A DNA stretch of 64,000 nt from a virus, in the IMG/VR virus record IMGVR_UViG_3300025648_000012, positions 32,001 through 96,000 of that record; one strand, written 5' to 3'. The notes under the pieces were generated by a model. The model was given only the letters and a program-made list of their open reading frames with translations. It had not been told where the DNA came from and did not search any database. The translations under genes were made by a program, and so were the position numbers. Positions 27,881 through 36,682 of this stretch are shown piece after piece (position 1 is the first letter of the stretch; each line of letters starts with the position of its first letter).

Positions 27881-28342
27881 ATGACTAGAATTACAGGAAT
27901 GACTTTTAAAAGAAAAACCGCAGTTAACCGTATAGGAGACTTGAATATTCCTATAGTAAATCACTTACTGTTACTTTTAGTTTTCGGTAAAAATGTAAAT
28001 ACTAATCATTGGTTAAACGAAATAGTAGTTTCTCTACTGCATGTTTATTTTGATACTTTTGTTAAAGGAGGTAAAAGATTAAAGCCAAACGACTTAAGTG
28101 AGTACCTAATTCCGGGATTTATTGAGCATGAGCAGGTCTTAGATGAGTACATCAAAGATCTTATTAGTTCTAAACCTCAATTACTTCCTATAACTACTCA
28201 GGATAAGATTAGCTCTGAAAAATTACTTAAACTTTACTTGAAAATTATAAAAAGTTTATTAGAAAGGACAACTAAACCTGAGAAGCTAAGACAAAGTTTA
28301 ACTATGAATATTAAAGAAATTTTTGGTATAGAATTAGAGTAG
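27881..28342 (+). CDS. Hypothetical protein (weak DUF29-like pattern)
   Basis: HLLLLL...NHWLNEI pattern. Confidence 0.55.
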   Translation: MTRITGMTFKRKTAVNRIGDLNIPIVNHLLLLLVFGKNVNTNHWLNEIVVSLLHVYFDTFVKGGKRLKPNDLSEYLIPGFIEHEQVLDEYIKDLISSKPQLLPITTQDKISSEKLLKLYLKIIKSLLERTTKPEKLRQSLTMNIKEIFGIELE

Positions 28343-28385
28343 TTTTATTCACTGCAGTATATTTTTAACATTTAAGGAGATAATC

Positions 28386-29126
28386 ATGGTCAAAACGACT
28401 AACAAAAAAGCGGCAGTTTCAGAAAAAATGACTCCAGCAGAACGCATGAAGAAAATGCACGCTGCTAGAAAAGCTGGAGGTAAAAAGGTAGCAAAAACAA
28501 AGCGTAAACCTTTAATTGTAACTAAGCCACCAGAAGGGTTTAAGCCACAGAACATTGTGGCGCAATTCAAGGTGGAAAACGACGGTTTAATTGGAAATAA
28601 GGTTTCCGTAGGCCGATTTCTTGGACGGTATGAAGTAGGTACTGGATTTTCTTCTATTGATTCCGAAAAGAAAGAAAACCTGCTTCAAAATGACGTAACA
28701 ACTGTTATAGGGTTGGCTACTCGTTTGGGTGCAGCAGTCTACAAGCAAACCAAAACCAAGTTTTATGCGCTTTCTCCGAAGGAACGAATCGCTACTGAAA
28801 ATGTACCTTTAGCAAAGCGTTCACCTGAAAATAAGGGTGCCCGTAGACTTCCCAAGGGTGCTGTTTTTGGCGTAATTTTGAGAGTGGCTAAACGTTCTAA
28901 TCCAACTGAACGTTTGTCAGTTTTAGTTCGAGATGTTCTACAAAAAGCGCCAGATTCAAACAAGTGGGTTGTTTTGAAGAAGGAAGACCCAGTTGCTAAA
29001 CTTCTGCGCAAGCAACGCGAATCTTTGGTTCCTGCATTTAGTTCTATTTCGTTGAATCCAACTGTTCGTGAATTGCGTAAGTTGAATAGCAAAGTAGAGG
29101 AGGAAAGTTCAGTTAAAAGCCAGTAG
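28386..29126 (+). CDS. Basic putative DNA-binding protein
   Basis: K/R-rich N-terminus; strong RBS. Confidence 0.7.
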   Translation: MVKTTNKKAAVSEKMTPAERMKKMHAARKAGGKKVAKTKRKPLIVTKPPEGFKPQNIVAQFKVENDGLIGNKVSVGRFLGRYEVGTGFSSIDSEKKENLLQNDVTTVIGLATRLGAAVYKQTKTKFYALSPKERIATENVPLAKRSPENKGARRLPKGAVFGVILRVAKRSNPTERLSVLVRDVLQKAPDSNKWVVLKKEDPVAKLLRKQRESLVPAFSSISLNPTVRELRKLNSKVEEESSVKSQ

Positions 29127-29184
29127 GAAAAGTTAGCAAAAAAGCCAGTAGGAAAAGTAGCAAAAAAGCCAGTAGGAAAAGTAG
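29115..29184. repeat. 24/25-bp tandem repeat (aaaagccagtaggaaaagtagcaa x3)
   Basis: Read directly. Confidence 0.85.
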
Positions 29185-29283
29185 TACGTGGAAAGTAATC
29201 TGTAAATAGGTAGTACAAGCAGTAATGGTTAAAGCCGAGAACCAATATCTAAATCTTGGCAAAATCTCTCGAGGATTTTAATT

Positions 29284-29931
29284 ATGTTAAAAGGTAAGAA
29301 GACCACCCGTGTTGCAAAAGCAAAGCCTGTTCGTAAAGCTAAAGTAGCAGCTACAGAAAAGAAGGTTCGAGCAACCCGTAAAGTTGTAGCAGAAAAGAAG
29401 GTTCGTGGAACTAAAAAGACCAGTTCTGCAAAGACACGTGCAACTCGCGGAACCAAAAAGGCTGTTCGTAGTACCAAAAAGGTTGTACGTGGAACCCGTA
29501 AACCTGTGAAAGTAGCCCGTACTCAAAAGGTGCAGTCTCCAGCGGAAGCAAACTACGCAATTTTGGTAGGTTCTTCTGAAACAGGCAAAGTTACAACCAA
29601 GGGTAACCAAGTTTTTATTGATGGCATTGAGGTGTTTAACGTTACTGCCATTGTTGGAAATACGGTTTACTTTACGGGTGTAAAACTGGTGAGTGCAGCA
29701 GAAGGTTCCCAAGTGTTTAATATCATTTCCGATGATGCTCCAGAATCAGTAGAGGATTCTGGAGATGACCTAACTGACGACGCTGAATTTGACCCAGATG
29801 CCGACGGGGACAATGAGGATGAAGGCGAAGATGAAGGTGAAGGCGAAGATGAAGGTGAAGGCGAAGGAGAGGATGAAGGCGAAGGAGAGGATGAAGGTGA
29901 AGTAGAGGATGACGACGATATGTTTAGTTAA
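29284..29931 (+). CDS. Protein with histone-H1-like basic N-terminus and acidic (EGED) C-terminal tail
   Basis: KKVRGTKK-type repeats and (EGEDEG)n tail. Confidence 0.75.
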   Translation: MLKGKKTTRVAKAKPVRKAKVAATEKKVRATRKVVAEKKVRGTKKTSSAKTRATRGTKKAVRSTKKVVRGTRKPVKVARTQKVQSPAEANYAILVGSSETGKVTTKGNQVFIDGIEVFNVTAIVGNTVYFTGVKLVSAAEGSQVFNIISDDAPESVEDSGDDLTDDAEFDPDADGDNEDEGEDEGEGEDEGEGEGEDEGEGEDEGEVEDDDDMFS

Positions 29932-29955
29932 TTGTCCGAGAGAGGGCTAACTCAA

Positions 29956-29988
29956 GTGGGGCTAACTCAAAAAATGAGTTAGCCCCAC
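29956..29988. terminator. Strong hairpin (terminator-like)
   Basis: gtggggctaactca-aaaaa-tgagttagccccac, 14-bp perfect stem. Confidence 0.7.
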
Positions 29989-30015
29989 CTTGCCACTTTA
30001 TCTGGGGGTTACTAA

Positions 30016-30315
30016 ATGATTAAAGACGTCCTAAATGTTTACTCCTCAAACTGCTTAAAATGTTCTCGACTTGAGTCCTCTCAAAAAAGAACATTTCCCT
30101 GCTCCTACGAATCAGGAAATACGGATTGTCCAGCACATGAAGTAGAAATAGTAATTACAGGAAAGCTAACAAAAGCTGTTAATTCACTCGGGAGAGCTAG
30201 AGCTAACAAGGACTATTTACTTGAGAGCAAAATACTAGCGTGGGTTAGCAAGCAATCTAAATCTTTTCGTGATAAATTCAGGGGACTAGTTGAAAATGGA
30301 CACAAAAATAGTTAA
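30016..30315 (+). CDS. Hypothetical Cys-rich protein
   Basis: CLKC...C...CP. Confidence 0.6.
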   Translation: MIKDVLNVYSSNCLKCSRLESSQKRTFPCSYESGNTDCPAHEVEIVITGKLTKAVNSLGRARANKDYLLESKILAWVSKQSKSFRDKFRGLVENGHKNS

Positions 30316-31003
30316 ATTAGTTCAGGTTGGTACCAGACTGGTTATTCAAGATTTTGAGACCTATAAAGTTCTCAAGCAGGAAGGAATACCAGTTCTATGC
30401 TTTGAAAAACAATTTCTTGGCACTTTAGCTACCTTTTTAGATTGCCCGATTGAGATTGTAGAATTCAAAGAGTTGGAGTTACCATTTTTAGAAAAAGTAA
30501 TAGAATTTTGGAATAGGCAGCCCAATAGAACAATTGCAGTTTCAAAAGGTTTAGTTAAGACAATAAAATTAACTGCACCAGTTGTAGTTACTAAAGCAAT
30601 GAACTCTGTTACTTCTGCCATAATTGAGTTCTACGAACATTATGGTTTCTCAGCGAAAACTATTATTTCTGAAACAAAAAAGGGAGATAGAAATTTAGTA
30701 GTCATTTCACTCGAATTTACTGGTGTGCCAAAAATACCAAAAGTTGAAACTCAAGAAGAGGCCGTTTTTGATTTCGGTTATACGAGGTTAACTCTAACTC
30801 TTAACTCTAATAAAAGATGGTATTCAAAGGTATCAGTTAAAACTGGAGATAAGTATAGCATAATCCATACTTCTGAATTTCTAACAAGGGATGTTTCCGG
30901 TATAGGCAGCATGATTTCCGCCCTAATTGGAATACATAATTCTCAACAAGAAAACCTTGTTAAAACAGCAGGAGTAAAATTTGAGAGTTTCTCTGATGAC
31001 TAA
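30296..31003 (+). CDS. Hypothetical protein
   Basis: About 235 aa, overlaps neighbours. Confidence 0.65.
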   Translation: MDTKIVKLVQVGTRLVIQDFETYKVLKQEGIPVLCFEKQFLGTLATFLDCPIEIVEFKELELPFLEKVIEFWNRQPNRTIAVSKGLVKTIKLTAPVVVTKAMNSVTSAIIEFYEHYGFSAKTIISETKKGDRNLVVISLEFTGVPKIPKVETQEEAVFDFGYTRLTLTLNSNKRWYSKVSVKTGDKYSIIHTSEFLTRDVSGIGSMISALIGIHNSQQENLVKTAGVKFESFSDD

Positions 31004-33305
31004 CTACAATGAAAAGTCAATCCAAAGGTTTGCTGGACTTCAGGGTATTCGCAAAAAACCTACTCCCTACATTGGTCCTAACGACAGCTCTGGGCTGTTT
31101 ACGATTTTAAGAGAACCTGCGGATAACGCTGTAGACCAAGCATTAGCTGGTAGAAACAATCAAGTTACTATTGCTGTGGATAATGGGTCATATTGGGTTA
31201 TTGATTCTGGAGAAGGTATTCCTGTAGGTGTAAAAGAGTTTGAAAATGAGCATGGTCAAAAAGAAAAACTAAGTACACTGTATGTTGCTACTGGTTTAAC
31301 TCATGGCGGTTCTAACTTTGCAGGTTCTTCTATATCAAGAGGGTGCTTTGCAGGGGATACTAAAGTACGCCTTCTTAATGGTAAAGTGGTTAGTATGGAG
31401 AGGCTTTATTCAAGATGGAATAAAAATCAAACTCCTATAGCCATAATGTCCTATAACCTAAAGTTCAAAAAACTTGAACCGTCCTATATTAGTCATGTTC
31501 AATTAACTAAACATACTCGAAATTTAACTAAGGTTATTTTTGATACTGGAGAATCAGTTTTGGTTACTCCAGATCATCCTTTCTTTGTTAAAAAAGGTGG
31601 AAGCATAGCTAAAGTTAGAGCAGAGAATCTTAATGGAGGAGATTCTCTTGTAACTTATTATTCTTCGGATATTCCTGATATAGTTAAGTATTGGAATCAT
31701 ACTGTTACTGGAGTAGTTAGTATCCACAAAACCAATTCTATTCCAGTCTATGACATAACCGTAGATAATACCCATACGTTTTTTATTGAACCTGGTATTT
31801 TGGTATCAAACACTCATGGCCTCGGCCAGAAGGCAACTAATGCAATGTCTAAAGAGTTTATTGTCTGGACTTGTAGGGAGGGAAAATGGTACTCAATAAA
31901 GTATAGGGATGCTAAATTAGTTGAAAATGTAAAAGAGTGCCAAAAACCTAAGCTTCCCTTTGGGTTAAAGTCTTCAAAAGGAACAGTGGTAAAGTTTATT
32001 CCAGATTTAACCCTATTCCAGAAAGGGTCAATAATGCCAAGTTCCGAGTTAGTTAGCTGGGCTAAACTAACTAGCTATTTGGTTCCTAACTTTTTAATAA
32101 CTTTAGTTTCCAGCAAGGGAACAAAGCAATTCAAAAGCAAAGGACCACAGGAATATATTAAAGATAGGCTGGAAGAGCAGGGAGGAGAGCAACTTGGTAA
32201 AACCTTCCAATACTCTTCTCGAGAATTGGACGTTGCTGTGGCTTTCTGCAACTATGAAGGCTCTGGAGTTAATTCTTACACTAATGGACTACTCAACAAA
32301 GATGGTGGGGACCATTATGAAGCGCTTAAAGATTCATTGTTTAAGAGCTTGGTTAACCTTAAAAAAGTAAAGCAAAAATTTACAAAGGCAGATGTGGTAG
32401 ATGGGTTAATTGGTCTTATAAATTACAAGATTGCAGCCCCCAAGTTTAACAATCAACCGAAGGATAAGCTCATTGATGACCGGGTATATCCTGTAGCTGT
32501 AGAGCAACTAACTAAAGCCTGGTTAGAGTTTTGGAAAACTCATAAATCCATGCTAAATGAGGTTTTGGAAAGAGCGTCTCTCCTTAGGTCTAAGACAGCG
32601 GACTTTTTGAAGGACAAAAAATTAGTTAAGAATGTTAACGCTCAGAAGAAAAAGCAGTCAGCGAAATTTGGAACCATTCAAGGTAAGTGTCCAATAGATA
32701 AACGTGAGCTAATATTGGTAGAGGGAGACTCGGCGGGCGGAGAAGCGAAAAAAGCTAGGGATAAAACTTTCCAAGCTATTTATCCACTCAAAGGTAAACC
32801 GCTAAATGTAATGGAAGTTGGAATAGATAAGATAAATAGCAATGAAGAAATTGTAGGGTTATTAGCAGCATTAGATGTAGACTTATCTGGTAAATCGCAA
32901 GATATTCCCTATGGTAAGATTATTCTTATGAGTGATGCAGATGTAGACGGAAAGCATATTGGCGTTTTATTACTTGGATTCCTATATAAATACTTACCAA
33001 ATCTTTTCAAACTAGGTAAGGTTTATGCGGTAAGGGCGCCATTATTCAAAGGGCACCACAAAGGTAAAACGTTATTTGGTATGACAAAAGAAGAGGTATA
33101 TAAGCAAGCGGGAACAGATAAAGTCCAACTATCTTACCTAAAAGGTTGGGGTGAAATTTCTGGCACTGATTTAGCGTGTGGATTGAAGCCTGGAGTAAGA
33201 AAGTTATACAAACTACAACCTCCTGAAAATGCAGACAAAAAGGACTTTGAAAAGTTGCTTGGTACTTCTCCAGATTTTAGGAAGAAACTTTTGGGAGTGG
33301 CGTAA
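30981..33305 (+). CDS. gyrB: Type IIA topoisomerase subunit B (GyrB/ParE-like) with mini-intein
   Basis: IRKKPTPYIG, EPADNAVDQ, DSGEGIP, EGDSAGG, PLKGKPLN, DADVDGKHI, YLKGWGE; start is 30981 or 30996. Confidence 0.93.
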   Translation: MRVSLMTNYNEKSIQRFAGLQGIRKKPTPYIGPNDSSGLFTILREPADNAVDQALAGRNNQVTIAVDNGSYWVIDSGEGIPVGVKEFENEHGQKEKLSTLYVATGLTHGGSNFAGSSISRGCFAGDTKVRLLNGKVVSMERLYSRWNKNQTPIAIMSYNLKFKKLEPSYISHVQLTKHTRNLTKVIFDTGESVLVTPDHPFFVKKGGSIAKVRAENLNGGDSLVTYYSSDIPDIVKYWNHTVTGVVSIHKTNSIPVYDITVDNTHTFFIEPGILVSNTHGLGQKATNAMSKEFIVWTCREGKWYSIKYRDAKLVENVKECQKPKLPFGLKSSKGTVVKFIPDLTLFQKGSIMPSSELVSWAKLTSYLVPNFLITLVSSKGTKQFKSKGPQEYIKDRLEEQGGEQLGKTFQYSSRELDVAVAFCNYEGSGVNSYTNGLLNKDGGDHYEALKDSLFKSLVNLKKVKQKFTKADVVDGLIGLINYKIAAPKFNNQPKDKLIDDRVYPVAVEQLTKAWLEFWKTHKSMLNEVLERASLLRSKTADFLKDKKLVKNVNAQKKKQSAKFGTIQGKCPIDKRELILVEGDSAGGEAKKARDKTFQAIYPLKGKPLNVMEVGIDKINSNEEIVGLLAALDVDLSGKSQDIPYGKIILMSDADVDGKHIGVLLLGFLYKYLPNLFKLGKVYAVRAPLFKGHHKGKTLFGMTKEEVYKQAGTDKVQLSYLKGWGEISGTDLACGLKPGVRKLYKLQPPENADKKDFEKLLGTSPDFRKKLLGVA
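31344..31811 (+). mobile_element. Mini-intein (156 aa) in the topo B subunit
   Basis: Starts CFAGDT, block B TPDHPF, ends VYDITV..THTF...LVSN then Thr; removing it restores SRG-THGLG; no homing endonuclease. Confidence 0.9.
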
Positions 33306-33308
33306 ACA

Positions 33309-35237
33309 ATGAAAACTACAACTGAAAAAGTAATAGAGAAATTTATAGAAGCCCCTTTCTTAAAATTCTCCTTACGTAACTACAAAGAATATGGAATTGC
33401 AGTATTAGAAGACCGTGCAGTTCCAGCAATTCAGGATGGTCTAAAACCAGTGCATAGAAGAGCTATTTGGGCAGCACATTCTCTTGGTGCTAATTCTACA
33501 AGTAGGTGGGTTAAATCAGCAAGGGTTGTTGGAGATGTAATTGGTAGATTTCACCCTCACGGTGACTGCCTTCGGGGGGATACTATTGTACCGTTACTAA
33601 ATGGAGAAACCCCAACTATAAAGGAGTTAGCGGAAAATTACTTAAGTAAAAAATGGGTTCTATCTTATGATAGTAAAACTAAAAAATATGTACGAGCTAG
33701 AGCCTATGCTTGGAGATTGGGTCAGATTACTGATACGTTTTATAGAATTACTCTGAATACTGGAGATGTACTTGAGGCCACAGGAAACCACAAGTTTTTT
33801 ACTGAAAGGGGCCAAATAGAGATCAGTAACCTAACTATGGATGATATCTTAATAGGAGGGTACACCTATCATATTTCCAAGGACGCTGTACCTCATTGGA
33901 GAATTTTCGCTATAGAAAAAATAGTCTTAAAACACAAAGAAGAATTTTACGATTTTACAGTCGATGGCTATGCTAACATGATAGTTTGTCCTGCGGGCAA
34001 TCCTTCGACATTTGTCGTAGTACACAACTCATCGGCATACGGAGCTATAGTTGGAATGACCAATGTAGGTAAGTCAATAAATAACATCCCTATTGGTTTG
34101 TTTGAAGGTGGTGGAAACTGGGGCAGTTGGAGTTCTCATACCGCTGCTGCCTACAGATATACTGAATTAAAACTTTCAAAATTTACTGACTCAGTATTGC
34201 TAAACCCTTTTTACTTACCCGTAATTGAGTACGGTCCTAACTTTGATGATTCCACAGTAGAGCCCTTGGTATTGCCTGCTCTACTTCCTATATTATTCCT
34301 TAACGGGTCATCAGGTATGGCTCCTGGTGCTAGATCTGAAATACCTAGTTGTACGCTAAAAAGCGTAATTCAGACACTGAATGAGATATATTCAGGACTG
34401 CCTATAACCCCTGAGTTGCTATATAGGAATCTTAGGTTTAGGTCTTGCTATGGGGCTTTGGAAGACAAACCAATAGGCTCAGAAGTTGAAGAAAGAAAGT
34501 CAATTTTCAAAACTATGAAAGGGTCTGTTCTCCTTCATTCAAACTTTAAGGAAGTTAAACCCAATGTTTGGGAGGCTACAACTTTTGGCCCTGTAGCGGA
34601 TTCCCCTTCCATTATTGACCGAATACGTAACAGAGTTTCGTCTGTAGTATCAGTGGAAGACAGTTCAGATTCAGATTCAAAATTTGGAAAACTTACTGTA
34701 GTGTTTAAGCGGGGAGTAGAAGATTCTGACATTGAAAAAGTTAGAACCATTCTTGATTCTAAAGAAAACTATATTCTAAACCTTACTGACCGCTATGTAG
34801 ACGAAAAAGGCCTACTGGCAGCCCGTTTGTTTAATGCTTCTCTTACAGAAGCTTTTAAGAAATGGATTGAATTTAGAATTGACCTAGAAGTTAAAGCTTG
34901 TTCCTATTGGATTGAAGAGTATAAAATTCAACTAGCTAAAACTAAATTGCTAATGTTAGCAGTTGACAATGTTGATATAATTCTTAAATCCTTAAAGCGT
35001 AAGGAAAAACAATTAGAATTAGAGATATGGCTAGCAAAGGAATTAAAAATATCAGTGGAGGACGCCAAGACAATTTATTCTTTGCAGGTTAGGCAATTGC
35101 GGTCATTAGAAAGAGAACCCCTTGAGGAAAAAGAAAAGTCGTTGCTAGCTAAGTCTAAAAAGTTAGACCAGAGAAGAAAAGATCCATTCCCTTTTATGAA
35201 GTCCCAGTTAAATGAGCTATTTCTGCCAGAAAAATAA
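33309..35237 (+). CDS. gyrA: Type IIA topoisomerase subunit A (GyrA/ParC-like, no C-terminal pinwheel) with mini-intein
   Basis: DRAVP..QDGLKPVHRR, KSARVVGDVIGRFHPHGD, AAAYRYTE active site. Confidence 0.93.
   Translation: MKTTTEKVIEKFIEAPFLKFSLRNYKEYGIAVLEDRAVPAIQDGLKPVHRRAIWAAHSLGANSTSRWVKSARVVGDVIGRFHPHGDCLRGDTIVPLLNGETPTIKELAENYLSKKWVLSYDSKTKKYVRARAYAWRLGQITDTFYRITLNTGDVLEATGNHKFFTERGQIEISNLTMDDILIGGYTYHISKDAVPHWRIFAIEKIVLKHKEEFYDFTVDGYANMIVCPAGNPSTFVVVHNSSAYGAIVGMTNVGKSINNIPIGLFEGGGNWGSWSSHTAAAYRYTELKLSKFTDSVLLNPFYLPVIEYGPNFDDSTVEPLVLPALLPILFLNGSSGMAPGARSEIPSCTLKSVIQTLNEIYSGLPITPELLYRNLRFRSCYGALEDKPIGSEVEERKSIFKTMKGSVLLHSNFKEVKPNVWEATTFGPVADSPSIIDRIRNRVSSVVSVEDSSDSDSKFGKLTVVFKRGVEDSDIEKVRTILDSKENYILNLTDRYVDEKGLLAARLFNASLTEAFKKWIEFRIDLEVKACSYWIEEYKIQLAKTKLLMLAVDNVDIILKSLKRKEKQLELEIWLAKELKISVEDAKTIYSLQVRQLRSLEREPLEEKEKSLLAKSKKLDQRRKDPFPFMKSQLNELFLPEK
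33567..34028 (+). mobile_element. Mini-intein (154 aa) in the topo A subunit
   Basis: Starts CLRGDT, TGNHKF, ends FYDFTV...VVHN then Ser; removing it restores HPHGD-SSAY. Confidence 0.9.
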
Positions 35238-35303
35238 ATTTGACAATTTTTCAAAAGCTATTTATAATATAATTGTGGTAGAATAGAACCACGATTTTAA
35301 CTT
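35228..35303 (+). promoter_or_regulatory. Sigma70 early promoter plus stem-loop cassette, copy 3
   Basis: TTGACA 35240-45, 17 bp, TATAAT 35263-68, same hairpin; downstream RBS region matches copy 1. Confidence 0.9.
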
Positions 35304-35339
35304 TGTGAAAAACTTAATCTCAATAAAGGGGAATTAAAA

Positions 35340-35798
35340 ATGAGCACTAAATCAAAAGTACTATTTACTATTCCGGTGGACATTACGGTTGCTATGCTAA
35401 ACAACTTTGTTAATGCTGGGCTAACATATGACGAGAATTGCGTAGACAGTGATACCTACACGCAAAGCGTGGTTAAAAAAGTACTGGGTGGTAAAACTAA
35501 CTTGATGACTAATATAAAAGAAAATACTATGAAGGATGAGTGCAGTCTAACCTATATCAAAAAGTTAGTTGAATACCAACTTAAGTACCAGGTGAGCGAA
35601 GAAGCTATTAAAGATGGGCGTGGCGTAGATTTCTATTTTTCTGAATTACCCAAGGATTCTTACTATCAACGACTAGTGAAAGTGCTGGACAGGGAGCAAG
35701 AAGTTTTTGACAGTCAAAAGGTGATTCCCGATCCCGAGGAGAAAGAAGCTATTGACCTTCTCAAAAACCGTGGGTACCGGTTTACCCGAGGTGATTAG
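35340..35798 (+). CDS. Hypothetical early protein
   Basis: 152 aa directly after promoter copy 3. Confidence 0.7.
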   Translation: MSTKSKVLFTIPVDITVAMLNNFVNAGLTYDENCVDSDTYTQSVVKKVLGGKTNLMTNIKENTMKDECSLTYIKKLVEYQLKYQVSEEAIKDGRGVDFYFSELPKDSYYQRLVKVLDREQEVFDSQKVIPDPEEKEAIDLLKNRGYRFTRGD

Positions 35799-35822
35799 TA
35801 AGCGATTACAATTACAACTTTG

Positions 35823-35864
35823 TGGAAGGCTAAATATTGAAAAGGGAATTTAGCCTTCCATTTC
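35823..35864 (+). terminator. Terminator-like hairpin
   Basis: tggaaggctaaat ... atttagccttcca-ttt. Confidence 0.6.
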
Positions 35865-35880
35865 TAAAAGGATATCAAAA

Positions 35881-36117
35881 ATGAAAGCTAAAACTAAAGA
35901 AATAGAGCCCCCATTTCCGGTCGAAATTTTGGATAAAGAACCAGTATTAGTACGGAATAAATATAGTGGGGAAAGTTGTATGCTAACACCTTTAGCAGTA
36001 GCAGTATATGAGACAATTATTGGGGCTGAATATTTAGGGCATTACGATACAATGAGTATGGGCCTCTATTGGTTTCGGGTAAATTTCCCTGATGAGTATT
36101 ATATTCTTTTGGATTGA
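35881..36117 (+). CDS. Hypothetical protein
   Basis: 78 aa with RBS. Confidence 0.6.
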   Translation: MKAKTKEIEPPFPVEILDKEPVLVRNKYSGESCMLTPLAVAVYETIIGAEYLGHYDTMSMGLYWFRVNFPDEYYILLD

Positions 36118-36134
36118 AGGTCAAACCAATTTAA

Positions 36135-36178
36135 CTGTATCAAACCTGTATCAAACCTGTATCAAACCTGTATCAAAC
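36135..36178. repeat. 11-bp tandem repeat (ctgtatcaaac x4), intergenic
   Basis: Read directly. Confidence 0.9.
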
Positions 36179-36232
36179 GGTTATACCGGAAACCGTAATC
36201 AATTCCGGTACTCTAAATTTAGGAGAAACACA

Positions 36233-36589
36233 ATGAGTAATACTCAAGCATCAAAAGCAATTACTAAGTTGGAAAAAGCTGCTGCCAAGCTACAAGCTGC
36301 AGCAAATAAAACAGCTTTGGGATATGAAAAAGCATTTAATGCTAAAGTTCAAAAGTTGGAAACCAAGCTTTCAAAACAACTGAGTAAACTTGAAGCGAAA
36401 AAGAACAAGCTTCTTCAAGTCGAAGCAAAGGAATCTGCTAAAACTGAAAAGAAGATTGCTAAAACGACTGCTAAGGCTGCAGCAAAAGCTCCTGCCAAAG
36501 CAGCAAAGACAGTAGCAAAAGCCCCCATTGTTGCTGCCTCTAAAAAGGCTCCAGCAAAAGCTAAGCCTAAGACTGCTCAAAAGGCGTAA
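36233..36589 (+). CDS. Histone-H1-like K/A-rich protein
   Basis: ATG 36233 with RBS aggaga; KAAAKAPAKAAK tail. Confidence 0.75.
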   Translation: MSNTQASKAITKLEKAAAKLQAAANKTALGYEKAFNAKVQKLETKLSKQLSKLEAKKNKLLQVEAKESAKTEKKIAKTTAKAAAKAPAKAAKTVAKAPIVAASKKAPAKAKPKTAQKA

Positions 36590-36603
36590 GGTAATCGGGC
36601 TAT

Positions 36604-36647
36604 TTAGTGGGTGGTAAAACTGTAAAAAGGGGGTTACCACCCACTAA
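36604..36647. terminator. Hairpin (terminator-like)
   Basis: ttagtgggtggtaa ... ttaccacccactaa, 14-bp stem. Confidence 0.6.
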
Positions 36648-36682
36648 GTTTACACAGGCGAAACCATAGAAGGGGAATAAAA

